From the NCBI GenBank assembly GCA_035473115.1, contig DATION010000005.1, forward strand, positions 86,339 through 150,338: a stretch of 64,000 nucleotides of DNA, read 5' to 3'. The notes beneath the pieces are model-generated. The model did not search any database. It saw only the letters and a program-made list of their open reading frames with translations, and had not been told where the DNA came from. Of this stretch, positions 1 through 9,563 are shown piece by piece. Numbering within the stretch: the first letter of the stretch is position 1; each line of letters opens with the position of its first letter. Made by a program: the position numbers and the translations under genes. This DNA comes from Candidatus Udaeobacter sp. Its GTDB lineage: Bacteria; Patescibacteriota; Patescibacteriia; Magasanikbacterales; GWA2-37-8.

Positions 1-2
1 AA

Positions 3-356
3 CCTCCCGAGACATTGCCTGTTATAATTGACCGGGATCTAAAAGAATTTGGCCCCGGCTTGGACGAAACAAAGTTTGCCAAAAAAATAATTGAAGACGT
101 CCATCAGAACATAAAAGAAATAGACGCTCTAATCAGCAAATACGCCCCGCAGTGGCCGATTGAACAAATCACTATCATTGATCGTAATGTTTTAAGAATT
201 GGCATTTACGAATTAAAATTCAATCAAGAGGTTCCGCCCAAGGTAGCCATAAACGAAGCCATTGAATTGGCCAAAAACTTTGGCGGGCCAGCTTCAGGAA
301 AATTCATCAACGGAGTTTTGGGTGCCATTTATAAAGACATGTTAAAACCGGAATAA
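3..356 (+). CDS. nusB: Transcription antitermination factor NusB (5'-truncated by window edge)
   Basis: [13 protein letters not shown]...[17 protein letters not shown]...FINGVLG is the NusB signature; frame is open to the left edge. Confidence 0.95.
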   Translation, partial: PPETLPVIIDRDLKEFGPGLDETKFAKKIIEDVHQNIKEIDALISKYAPQWPIEQITIIDRNVLRIGIYELKFNQEVPPKVAINEAIELAKNFGGPASGKFINGVLGAIYKDMLKPE

Positions 357-361
357 AGCCT

Positions 362-1135
362 ATGACAAAAAGTATTTTAAATATAGAGGAAGTAAAAGAA
401 AAAAATTTCCCTGATCTGCAAGAAAAATTGGGAATAAAATTTAAGGAACCAAAACATCTGGTTCAAGCTTTTGTGCACCGTTCTTATTTAAATGAACACC
501 ATGATTTTATTTTGGGACACAACGAACGTCTGGAATTTTTGGGCGACGCGGTTTTAGAATTAATCGTCACCGAATTTCTTTTTCAAGAATATGGCAACCC
601 GGAAGGCGAGCTTACCAACTGGCGCGCGGCGCTAGTAAATGCCAAAATCTTGGCCAGTATTGCCTATGAAATTGGCATGGAAGAATACCTGTTCCTGAGT
701 CATGGCGAAGCCAAAGATGCCGGCACTAAAGCCAGGGATTACATTATGGCCAATGCCATCGAAGCTTTAATCGGTTCTATTTATATCGACCGAGGCTATG
801 AAATAACTCAGCAATTTATTGCCCGCTGGATTTTACCAAAATTGCCTTACATTTTAGAAAACGGCTTATACTTAGATTCCAAGAGTCGCTTTCAAGAATC
901 AGCTCAAGAAATACTTGGCATCACTCCAACTTATAAAGTACTGCAAGAAGAAGGCCCTGATCATATCAAATCATTTAAAGTTGGCGTTTATCTTGATAAA
1001 GAGTTAATCGCCAGCGGTGAAGGCACCAGCAAGCAGGAAGCGCAAACTGAAGCGGCTGAAGCAGCTGTAAAAATTAAAGGCTGGAAAGGACCAAAAATTG
1101 ATATTATCAAAAGAAAGCCCGGAGACCCGATTTAA
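362..1135 (+). CDS. rnc: Ribonuclease III
   Basis: HNERLEFLGDAVL signature and C-terminal dsRBD (GPDH...G.G.SKQEAQ..AA). Confidence 0.98.
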   Translation: MTKSILNIEEVKEKNFPDLQEKLGIKFKEPKHLVQAFVHRSYLNEHHDFILGHNERLEFLGDAVLELIVTEFLFQEYGNPEGELTNWRAALVNAKILASIAYEIGMEEYLFLSHGEAKDAGTKARDYIMANAIEALIGSIYIDRGYEITQQFIARWILPKLPYILENGLYLDSKSRFQESAQEILGITPTYKVLQEEGPDHIKSFKVGVYLDKELIASGEGTSKQEAQTEAAEAAVKIKGWKGPKIDIIKRKPGDPI

Positions 1136-1305
1136 TTACCGCGGGTCGCTAGCTCCCGCCTCTCGGTCCACCGCACAACCATTCGGCGCTGTGGCACCAG
1201 CAACGCCGGCGGGCAGGCAGCTTACAGCTTTCGCTAGCTATAAATATCAATAAAATTTTTCGTAATTTCTATAATCTGCTAATCTTACTTTACACATAAC
1301 AATTC

Positions 1306-1378
1306 GGGTCGCTAGCTCAGCTGGTAGAGCAGATCCCTCTTAAGGATAAGGTCCTGGGTTCGACCCCCAGGCGACCCA
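1306..1378 (+). tRNA. tRNA-Lys(CTT)
   Basis: Cloverleaf GGGTCGC/GCGACCC, anticodon loop CT-CTT-AA, TTCGA T-loop. Confidence 0.95.
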
Positions 1379-1403
1379 CAAATACTGGCAATAACACCAA
1401 AAA

Positions 1404-1442
1404 AAATAACCCTGCCTTTCATAAAAGGTGGGGTTATTTTTT
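1404..1442 (+). terminator. Intrinsic terminator after tRNA-Lys
   Basis: aaaataacccc-like stem pairing with ggggttatttt, followed by a T tract. Confidence 0.7.
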
Positions 1443-1537
1443 AAACACTTAGAGTTGAAATTTTCTTTATTAAATGATATATTTACCCTGCTAAACTAAC
1501 AAATTAGCTCACCTTTAGCAAGGTTGAGAAAACCTAA

Positions 1538-1612
1538 GCCCCTATAGTTTAATGGATAGAATATCAGGCTTCGAACCTGAAGATGGGAGTTCGATTCTCT
1601 CTGGGGGCACCA
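1538..1612 (+). tRNA. tRNA-Arg(TCG)
   Basis: GCCCCTA/TGGGGGC acceptor, loop CT-TCG-AA, encoded CCA. Confidence 0.95.
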
Positions 1613-1719
1613 CGCTGAGCGTGGTGCTTGGGGGCGCTTAGCGCCCCACGACACCAAGAAGCATCGTAAATGGCACGCTTAGCGTGCCACCATACGATAC
1701 TAGAGTACTCAAATCAAAT

Positions 1720-4404
1720 ATGGAAAACCAATCATCTTGGCACTCAAAAACAATTCCTGAAGTTCTCGAGGCTATATTGTCGCGCGAACAAGGACTAACC
1801 AACCAAGAAGCAAAAAAACGTTTGCAAGAACACGGCTTAAACAAACTCCCCGAAAGCAAAGAAGACAGCTTATGCACTATTTTTTTACGGCAATTCCAGA
1901 GTCCTCTCATTTATATCCTGCTGCTTTCCTCAATAGTTGTTTTATTATTAGGCGAAAAAATTGACGCTATCATAATAATGATTGTTCTAGTTTTTAACGC
2001 TATTATCGGCGCGATCCAAGAAGGAAAAGCACAAAATACTCTGCGAGCTTTAAAACAGTTTGCCGAGACTTCTGCGACCGTAATTCGAGATGGTAAAGAA
2101 ATAATAATCAAAGACACCGAGGTAGTATTGGGAGATATTATACTTTTACAGGAAGGAGAAAAAGTTCCGGCCGATGCCAGAATTATTTTTGCCAACACTT
2201 TAAAAATTGACGAAGCTAGCTTGACCGGAGAATCTGAGCCAGTGGTTAAAACTAATAATATTTTATCGGACAAATCTTTGCTGATTACTGATCAGAAAAA
2301 TATTCTTTTTAAAGGAACTAATATTTTGAGTGGCAATGGCACAGCTGTAGTTGTAGCTACCGGACTAAACACAGAAATTGGCAAGATTGCCCAAAAAATA
2401 ACTGCCATTGATACGGAAATCCCTTTAAAAAAAGAGATTCACAACCTATCCCAGCTTATTATAATAATTGTTCTAGTCATTAATATTTTCTTGATAACTA
2501 CCGGCGTTCTATTTGGAAACTCTCTAAAAGAAATGTTCATTCTGGCAGTAGCTGTGGCAATCTCTGTTATCCCTGAAGGGTTACCCATAGTGGTGACTCT
2601 CGTCTTGGCGACAGGGGTATGGAGAATGTCTAAGCATGGAGTCTTGGTTAAAAGACTGCAGGCAGTAGAAGCTCTGGGTCAAACTAAAATAATTGCGGTA
2701 GATAAAACCGGCACTCTAACCAAAAATGAAATGGTCGTTGAAGAAGCATATACTGATGGTAAATTTTTTAAAATTACCGGCAATGGCTACGAACCAAAAG
2801 GAGAAATTTTTCTTGATGGAGAAATCATTAATCCAGCCAACCATCCCGAACTTACACTCAGCGGCAAAATAGCCGCTTTTTGCGTCAATGCCAAAATATC
2901 ATCTACAGAAGAAACAAATACTTGGAAAGTAAGCGGCGATCCGACCGAAGCTGCTCTGTTAGTATTTTCAGAAAAAATCGGTTTTAACCGAGAAATTACC
3001 GACCAGGAAACACCAAAAATATTGGAGCTGCCGTTTAATTATCAAAATAAATATCACGCCACTATCCGAAGCGCAAACGGCAAAAATTTTCTCTCTGTTA
3101 CCGGAGCGCCGGAAAAAATACTTGAACTATGTAAAAATATTCAACATGAAAATAAAATTGAAATTTTAAATGCAGACAAAAAAACAGAGTTGGAATCTAT
3201 TTTTAATAAGATGGCAGCTAGCGGTTTAAGAGTGGTAGCTTGCGCGGCTAATCCTGATATTGACACAACTGCTTTTGATCCAGATAACTTGCCTTCTCTA
3301 TCTTTTATCGGCTTTTTCGGCATAAAAGATGCGCTTCGTTCTGAAGTAAAAGAAGCGGTACAGATAGTAAAATCAGCTCATATCCGACCGATTATGATCA
3401 CCGGCGACCATCGCCTGACTGCTTTAACTATTGCCAGAGAAGCCGGCATATATACCGACGGAGATTTAATTATTAGCGGCGCAGAAATTGATGCTATGTC
3501 TGATTCAGAATTGGCAAAAAAATTGGCGCGCGCCACTGTGTTTAACCGAGTCACACCCGACCATAAACTGCGCATAATTTTGGCCTACCGTAAACGCGGT
3601 GAAATAATAGCTATGACCGGAGACGGAATAAATGATGCGCCATCTTTGGTGGCCGCTGATTTGGGTGTAGCTATGGGAAAAATCGGCACCGAAGTAGCCA
3701 AAGAAGCTGCTGATATCGTGCTTACCGATGACAACTTTAGCAATATTGTCTTGGCTGCGGAAGAAGGCCGTAATATTTATAAAACGATAAAAAAAGTAAT
3801 TCTCTATCTTTTTTCCACAAACTTAGGCGAAGTGCTGACAATTTCTTGCGCCTTACTACTAAGTTTCCCAGCTCCTCTATTGCCAACGCATATTATCTGG
3901 TTAAATTTTATTACGGATGGGTTTCTGGATGTATCTCTGGCGATGGAGCCAAAAGAAAAAAATCTTTTACAAAATAATTTTGCCCAACCGAAAAAATATC
4001 TGGTTGATAAATTAATGCTGCAAAGAATACTGCTGATGGCCGTTCCGATGACTATCGGTACGCTTTATCTTTTTAAATTATATGCAACGGTTGATATCAC
4101 CAAAGCCTGGACAATCTCTCTTACCACTCTGGCCATATTTCAATGGTTTAACGCTTGGAACTGCCGACATGAAAGCAGATCTATCTTCCGGATGGGTATT
4201 TTATCCAATAAATATCTGGCTATTGGCACAATACTAGTTTTTTGTTTACAGATGTTTGTAATTTATAATCCGTTCATGCAAAAATTTATGCATACAACCT
4301 CGCTCACAATTTCGGAATGGTTAATCATTACTCTCGTCGCTACTTCTGTTATCTGGGTCGAAGAAATACGAAAATTTTTTCATCGAAAAACTTCTAAAAT
4401 ATAG
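1720..4404 (+). CDS. Cation-translocating P-type ATPase (type II, Ca2+-like)
   Basis: TGES, PEGL, DKTGTLT, TGD and GDGINDAP motifs; ATG at 1720 preferred to GTG at 1684. Confidence 0.95.
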   Translation: MENQSSWHSKTIPEVLEAILSREQGLTNQEAKKRLQEHGLNKLPESKEDSLCTIFLRQFQSPLIYILLLSSIVVLLLGEKIDAIIIMIVLVFNAIIGAIQEGKAQNTLRALKQFAETSATVIRDGKEIIIKDTEVVLGDIILLQEGEKVPADARIIFANTLKIDEASLTGESEPVVKTNNILSDKSLLITDQKNILFKGTNILSGNGTAVVVATGLNTEIGKIAQKITAIDTEIPLKKEIHNLSQLIIIIVLVINIFLITTGVLFGNSLKEMFILAVAVAISVIPEGLPIVVTLVLATGVWRMSKHGVLVKRLQAVEALGQTKIIAVDKTGTLTKNEMVVEEAYTDGKFFKITGNGYEPKGEIFLDGEIINPANHPELTLSGKIAAFCVNAKISSTEETNTWKVSGDPTEAALLVFSEKIGFNREITDQETPKILELPFNYQNKYHATIRSANGKNFLSVTGAPEKILELCKNIQHENKIEILNADKKTELESIFNKMAASGLRVVACAANPDIDTTAFDPDNLPSLSFIGFFGIKDALRSEVKEAVQIVKSAHIRPIMITGDHRLTALTIAREAGIYTDGDLIISGAEIDAMSDSELAKKLARATVFNRVTPDHKLRIILAYRKRGEIIAMTGDGINDAPSLVAADLGVAMGKIGTEVAKEAADIVLTDDNFSNIVLAAEEGRNIYKTIKKVILYLFSTNLGEVLTISCALLLSFPAPLLPTHIIWLNFITDGFLDVSLAMEPKEKNLLQNNFAQPKKYLVDKLMLQRILLMAVPMTIGTLYLFKLYATVDITKAWTISLTTLAIFQWFNAWNCRHESRSIFRMGILSNKYLAIGTILVFCLQMFVIYNPFMQKFMHTTSLTISEWLIITLVATSVIWVEEIRKFFHRKTSKI

Positions 4405-4427
4405 CCCCTACCAATTTTTGGCCTGGA

Positions 4428-4456
4428 TTGACAAACAGGCCAAAAAGGAGTATAAT
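4428..4456 (+). promoter_or_regulatory. Consensus sigma70 promoter for two microprotein ORFs
   Basis: TTGACA-17 bp-TATAAT. Confidence 0.85.
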
Positions 4457-4523
4457 TTTGTATTAGATTAATAGTTACCCACCCCAGATGGTTAGCCAAA
4501 ACGACCCCCTAGGGGAGGTAAAT

Positions 4524-4661
4524 ATGGATAAGGAGATGCGTCGCCTTTTGGCGACTGCACTTGTTGCTATGGCACTAGTGATGGGTATGGCCTTGAGCCA
4601 TTGTGGTGAGAGAAACTATAACCCACACGACCAACGACACGCTACCAAAGGAGGCCAATAA
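4524..4661 (+). CDS. 45-aa signal-peptide or lipoprotein-like microprotein (MDKEMRRLLATALVAMALVMGMALSHCGERNYNPHDQRHATKGGQ)
   Basis: GGGGAGGT RBS and consensus promoter upstream; below the ORF-track length cutoff. Confidence 0.6.
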   Translation: MDKEMRRLLATALVAMALVMGMALSHCGERNYNPHDQRHATKGGQ

Positions 4662-4774
4662 TGATGAACACCGAGAAAATCGCCCGAGTCGATCGGAACC
4701 CCAACCCTTACAGTATCGCTGGAATAGGAGCGGTCCTGCTCCTGATCGGCATACTGCGCCTGATCGTTGGCTAG
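4661..4774 (+). CDS. 37-aa single-TM microprotein (MMNTEKIARVDRNPNPYSIAGIGAVLLLIGILRLIVG)
   Basis: AAGGAGG RBS and TAATG stop/start overlap with the preceding ORF. Confidence 0.65.
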   Translation: MMNTEKIARVDRNPNPYSIAGIGAVLLLIGILRLIVG

Positions 4775-4890
4775 CCTAGCGAACAAAATCGCTGGACTGG
4801 CGCAACAACAAACAGCTCTTTCCCGACCAGCATGCGTGGAAGCGCCCGCTCGACACTTCCACGAACACACAGCCCGCATACAGTTCGAGC

Positions 4891-4932
4891 CAAAACAAAA
4901 AACCCAGATTTATATCGGGGTTTTTTGTTTTT
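4891..4932. terminator. Bidirectional terminator
   Basis: aaaacaaaaaaccc...ggggttttttgtttt inverted repeat between convergent units. Confidence 0.7.
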
Positions 4933-4946
4933 ATTACCTAGAAAAA

Positions 4947-6722
4947 TTACTCTTCGTACCCCTTAGCAACAAAAGGAAGCATGGCAAGAGTCCTGCGATC
5001 CGGACCGGTTAAAACCCATACTGGTACTAAACGCCCATCAAGCAAAGCTTCCGTAGATTTTTGACCGGGTTTATATAAACTTATCGCTCTCTGTCTCAAT
5101 TCATTAATTTTTCTTGCAACCTTCAAAGGAATATTAGAAACTTTTCCTTCCAAATAAGCATCAAACTCCTGCTCGCTCATACTCATCCAATTTTTTTCTG
5201 CCAAATCAGACCAATCAGCTAATTGCAGTTTTTGCAAAACTAGCGGATCTGGTGAAATTTCAAGCCGTTCAAATAAAATAATCGGGATAGGGTTATTTAC
5301 ATAATCTTCCTTTTTACCACCATATAGCGATTCAACGGCTTTCTTTTCAGTTGCGGACATTCTACCGCCACGACGATTCCCTTGAATCAAACCTTTGGCT
5401 AAATTAATATCTCCGGAAAGATCTGGATTTGCTGGATTAAGAGAAAAAGATCGAGCTCGATCAAACGGCCCTTTTTCACTTAAAGTAACAACTACCACAC
5501 TCTCATCATGCTTCTCATAAGCATACTCCCTTGGCGAACCGTCTTGGTTATAATTATGTAAAAAAGCATTATAAGCATTAGCTAGAAGCAATACTGCTCT
5601 TTGCTCAATCTGTTTTTCTCTTTCTTGATCAGTTAAGCCAACAAGCTCTTTAGAAAAAACCTGTTCTAATTTTTCCTTCACGATAGGCAAAGCTTCTTTG
5701 CTCATTGCTTTTATTTTATTCCAAAAATTGGCAGTGCTATTAACATAATCTGTTTCATAATTAATAGCAAAATAATTTTTTAAAAACAGATCACGAAAAA
5801 CATTATCGGCAAGTTCTTTGGCATAAATTATCTTGCCCTCTTCTACCAAAGAATTGATATTATTTTCAGTAAAACCTTCCGCTGTTACTCTAGGGTCATG
5901 ATCTAAACAATCCGCTTTTTCTAAACCCATATACATGTAGCCGCTGTGGGGATCAAATGATGTTTGCAAAACTACAACTTTTTTTTCTCCGGCATATTTA
6001 TTTCCAACATATTTTTGTAAAGCCACAGCCATATCTCTTTTTCTTCTCACATCATCAGACAATCCTTTGTCAGGAACTGCTCCGCCTTTTTTTTCTTCAG
6101 CTGCTAAATTACGCGCCGCGCAGCCTACGTGACTATCAAGAACCTCACAAACCTCATCCTGTGATTTCAAAACTTCATCAACAACATTGCTTATCTGTCC
6201 GTCTGCCAAAAAAAGACCTTTGCCGTGACGGCGAGGACGAAATTCACTGCTATCACCCGCCGGCATACGTAAAGCGTTTCCGTGTAAACCAGCAAACAAT
6301 TTAGATAGAACACGGCCATCAAGGCATAACAATAACTTTGGTACGCCATAAGGGAATAAACCGGTTTTTGTTTCGATAGCTTCCTGAACCTCGGACGAAG
6401 CAATCTCATCTAAACGATGGTCTCGAGAATAAATGAACTGGCATAACTTAAAATGCAGCATGGCTAATTTTTTATTTTCCTGCTCAGAGTTGTTTTGATC
6501 GCCACGTTCCCTATCAAGATTAGCTACTACACGAACATAGTTTTCTAATTGCTGCTCTAAACCTTCTCCGATTTCTGGTAACTCTAAATTATCAAGAACC
6601 TCAAAGTATGGCTCTTTATTTTTACTGGCAGCGGCTTTGTCTTTCATATATTGATTATCTAAACTAATTGCGTTTAAACCCAAGCTCTTATCATGCAAAT
6701 TATGACCATTTTCTAAAGACAT
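4947..6722 (-). CDS. Large divergent beta-carbonic anhydrase-like protein
   Basis: CLDGR and HVGC match the Cys-x-Asp-x-Arg / His-x-x-Cys zinc motifs. Confidence 0.55.
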   Translation of the reverse strand: MSLENGHNLHDKSLGLNAISLDNQYMKDKAAASKNKEPYFEVLDNLELPEIGEGLEQQLENYVRVVANLDRERGDQNNSEQENKKLAMLHFKLCQFIYSRDHRLDEIASSEVQEAIETKTGLFPYGVPKLLLCLDGRVLSKLFAGLHGNALRMPAGDSSEFRPRRHGKGLFLADGQISNVVDEVLKSQDEVCEVLDSHVGCAARNLAAEEKKGGAVPDKGLSDDVRRKRDMAVALQKYVGNKYAGEKKVVVLQTSFDPHSGYMYMGLEKADCLDHDPRVTAEGFTENNINSLVEEGKIIYAKELADNVFRDLFLKNYFAINYETDYVNSTANFWNKIKAMSKEALPIVKEKLEQVFSKELVGLTDQEREKQIEQRAVLLLANAYNAFLHNYNQDGSPREYAYEKHDESVVVVTLSEKGPFDRARSFSLNPANPDLSGDINLAKGLIQGNRRGGRMSATEKKAVESLYGGKKEDYVNNPIPIILFERLEISPDPLVLQKLQLADWSDLAEKNWMSMSEQEFDAYLEGKVSNIPLKVARKINELRQRAISLYKPGQKSTEALLDGRLVPVWVLTGPDRRTLAMLPFVAKGYEE

Positions 6723-6862
6723 ATTTTAGTGTTTATAATAGGCAATTTTACCTATTACTAAGAAAAAAGTCAATAAGTTAAAAAGGTGTTTTTTATTAAA
6801 CAAGCCTCATATCAATCACTTGATATGAGGCGGCCGACTGACGAGCTGTAGATACAGCTACA

Positions 6863-7882
6863 CTACTGACACTCCTCGAATCGGTGATCATCAAAACATA
6901 AGACACCGACACACGGATGAAAGAAATCACCCATGCTTGGTAGTTTTTTTCGTATATGCTTCATGGCGAACTCGGCAAGATAACGAGATGTCGAGATGGC
7001 TAAGCCGCGCTGATAAGCATGCCGATAACCAGTTGAAACTAACAATACTCCGCTCCCAACTATCCTACCTTGTTGCCAGTTATCTTCTATGATCTCAGCC
7101 GCCGTTACGATCGCACTATCCAAGTCAGGATCACAAGGTCCGATGACCAAAGCAAAGTTATTATTATTGAGCCAGCTAAAGCCTCGTCCAACGGCGAGAA
7201 CGCGTTCATTATGATGAAGATGAATCGGTTCTTTGCGAGTCTTATGCACATCAGCCATATGCTCCACATTGCCTCGGATGAGAGGCATCAAGTCCTCGCG
7301 CGTTCCTCCGGGGATATTAGGGAGCAACACTGAGAGCCTTCGACGTAAAGCGCTTTCACTTAGCCCTTCACACTCACTAACATCCAGAAAGGAATCGTCG
7401 GCACCATGGATAACCATCTTTTCGTCGTCTGTTTCAAGTCCGACCAAAAGTGTAGAGATAGTACCAGAACAAGCTCTGTCAACTTCAAGTTTAAATTCAA
7501 GAGCGGCCTGCTTGGCTGCTTGAGTATCAAAATTGAAACCAGCACATCCAAGCTCTCTATCACTCTTTGAATAATGATAGGTGATAATCAGAAGAGCTCG
7601 CCTCCCCTTACTCAGTACATAATTGTACCATTCGCTAATGGAACTATTCATCAACGGCCAGCCCAAGCAATATTTACCACCGATATTACGAAAGACCGTG
7701 AACAGACCAAACAGCGCTTTTACCCACCTGGGCAAATTTACCCTGCCATCCATACACATTGTTACTGCAATTTCTGTGGGGAATAACTGACGATACTCAG
7801 CCCGCTGTGGGCTTGTGAGCAAGAACTCCCTTGACCAGGCAAGGTTCATTTGGGTAATCTTTTCAATCAGAACATTGGGCAT
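6863..7882 (-). CDS. CsoSCA-like (carboxysome-type beta) carbonic anhydrase
   Basis: CMDGR, HYSKSDRELGCAG, VGLETDDEKMVIH and HNERVLAVGRGF resemble CsoSCA blocks. Confidence 0.75.
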   Translation of the reverse strand: MPNVLIEKITQMNLAWSREFLLTSPQRAEYRQLFPTEIAVTMCMDGRVNLPRWVKALFGLFTVFRNIGGKYCLGWPLMNSSISEWYNYVLSKGRRALLIITYHYSKSDRELGCAGFNFDTQAAKQAALEFKLEVDRACSGTISTLLVGLETDDEKMVIHGADDSFLDVSECEGLSESALRRRLSVLLPNIPGGTREDLMPLIRGNVEHMADVHKTRKEPIHLHHNERVLAVGRGFSWLNNNNFALVIGPCDPDLDSAIVTAAEIIEDNWQQGRIVGSGVLLVSTGYRHAYQRGLAISTSRYLAEFAMKHIRKKLPSMGDFFHPCVGVLCFDDHRFEECQ

Positions 7883-8170
7883 GGAAATTCCTCCGATTTG
7901 GATTGCAGAAAAAAATGCTAAACAATATTATATGCCTATTTAAAGCAAAGAGTCAATACTCTCTAAAAAAATATTTAAGAAAATAAAATCACCTGTGCAT
8001 AACTTCTCACTTATCTATTCACAATTACAAAAAAACAATCTATAATAAATAGGTCGAGAGAAAATTTTACAGCAATGCTTGTCTTGTAAAAATTTCTTCC
8101 ATAATTTTTTTCTTTCCTCGCGAGTAGAAAAAAATTATTTTGAACTAAAAAATGAAAGGAGGTGCCAAAT

Positions 8171-8242
8171 ATGGCAGCCAAAAAAAGAAAAGCAGCAAAA
8201 AAGAAAACAACAAAAAGAAAAGCTACTAAGAAACGTAGATAG
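8171..8242 (+). CDS. 23-aa Lys/Arg-rich microprotein (MAAKKRKAAKKKTTKRKATKKRR)
   Basis: GAAAGGAGGTG RBS 6 nt upstream and a terminator hairpin directly downstream. Confidence 0.75.
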   Translation: MAAKKRKAAKKKTTKRKATKKRR

Positions 8243-8249
8243 CTTAATA

Positions 8250-8278
8250 AAAAATCTCTCTTCACAGAGAGATTTTTT
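8250..8278. terminator. Bidirectional terminator
   Basis: aaaaatctct-cttcac-agagagattttt stem-loop. Confidence 0.7.
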
Positions 8279-8297
8279 ATTATTTGCGCCGAGACAG

Positions 8298-9560
8298 CTA
8301 GAGCAATCTGCTTTGCCTATCACCTAATTTTTGTTTTTCAGGCATAACTTCAACCGAACCAAATACTCCATCGTAACCAGGCTTAACTCTTACATTACCA
8401 CTGCGCATATTACTGATAGCAGTCGAAATATTTTTATCACTTGTATTTTTTTCTATTTCCTCTATACCTGCTTTAAGCAAAATAAAAAATTCACTGCCCA
8501 AATTTTTTAACATTGAATCATACTCCTTTAAAACTTTCTTGCTGCTTGGACCAACTCCAAATACTTTAGAAATAATTTCTTTAAGCGGCACAATATATTT
8601 GTGCGGAATAAATTTGGCTTGATCAATTTTTTCTTCGGCGCGATCAGCTAAATCATCCACTCGGTGCAGCACGCCTACAGTTACCGGTTTTTTACAATTG
8701 GGGCATAAAAACTTTTTTGCTTTGGTTTCTTTTGGTGACAAACAAACTTCGCATACCGCATGTCCATCATAATGATATTTTCCTTCTTCAGGATAAAATT
8801 CGATGGTATATAAAAATTTTTCTTTATTACCGGTTTTAATTACATCCAAAATTTCATTGTAAGTAAAATTATCATTTAAATTAAAAACATTGGCTTCCCT
8901 ACCCAAATTATTTAGACTGTGAGCATCAGAATTAGAAATCAAAGTAATATTATCCAAAGCCGAAAGCTGATGATTCATAACCGGATCACTAGACAGTCCG
9001 GTTTCAACTGCGCGGATATGAGGAGTTAATTCTTCAAAACATTCTTCCAAAGAGTCATAACCGGATTTTGATCCAAAAACTGCAAACCATGGCGTCCAAA
9101 TATGGGCCGGTATCATCATAAATCCGGGGTCAATAGCCAAAATTATCTCTAAAACTGCCTTGGCAGACAAACCCATAATCGGCCGGCCATCAGAGCGGAT
9201 ATTAACGCCCTTGGCCTCTAAAACAGCATTAAACTGATCTATAGCCTCTATACTGGGGGCCAGAACAAGCAAATGTACCCGCCGAGTAGCGTCTTTATCC
9301 TTATAAATACAAGAAATTTCCGTACCTAAAATAAATCTGGTTTGGCTGCTATTATCTTTTAATTTATAAATCCCTTTGCGTTCTTCAACTAAATTTTCTT
9401 TGATATGTTTTACCCAAGCCGGATGAGTAAAGTCGCCAGTCACCACAATATCTATGCCTTTTTGTTCGCAAGCTTTGGCAATTTTTGGCAATTCTAAATC
9501 TGCCGAGCAAGCTCGGGAGTAACGGGAATGAATATGAAGATCAATTATTTTTTCGGACAT
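8298..9560 (-). CDS. Endonuclease Q family protein (PHP domain with Zn finger)
   Basis: DLHIHSRYSRA, PAHIWTPW, ETGLSSD, SNSDAHS, GKYH.DGH..C..C...CPNC motifs. Confidence 0.9.
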   Translation of the reverse strand: MSEKIIDLHIHSRYSRACSADLELPKIAKACEQKGIDIVVTGDFTHPAWVKHIKENLVEERKGIYKLKDNSSQTRFILGTEISCIYKDKDATRRVHLLVLAPSIEAIDQFNAVLEAKGVNIRSDGRPIMGLSAKAVLEIILAIDPGFMMIPAHIWTPWFAVFGSKSGYDSLEECFEELTPHIRAVETGLSSDPVMNHQLSALDNITLISNSDAHSLNNLGREANVFNLNDNFTYNEILDVIKTGNKEKFLYTIEFYPEEGKYHYDGHAVCEVCLSPKETKAKKFLCPNCKKPVTVGVLHRVDDLADRAEEKIDQAKFIPHKYIVPLKEIISKVFGVGPSSKKVLKEYDSMLKNLGSEFFILLKAGIEEIEKNTSDKNISTAISNMRSGNVRVKPGYDGVFGSVEVMPEKQKLGDRQSRLL

Positions 9561-9563
9561 GAT

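Noticed and set aside
4616-5012. 87-aa and 81-aa ORF-track entries
   Set aside because: Promoter and RBS signals support the two shorter plus-strand ORFs instead; the 81-aa frame runs through a terminator
8011-8327. ORF-track entries of 84, 82 and 62 aa
   Set aside because: Antisense or out-of-frame shadows of the 23-aa K/R-rich gene, lacking RBS support
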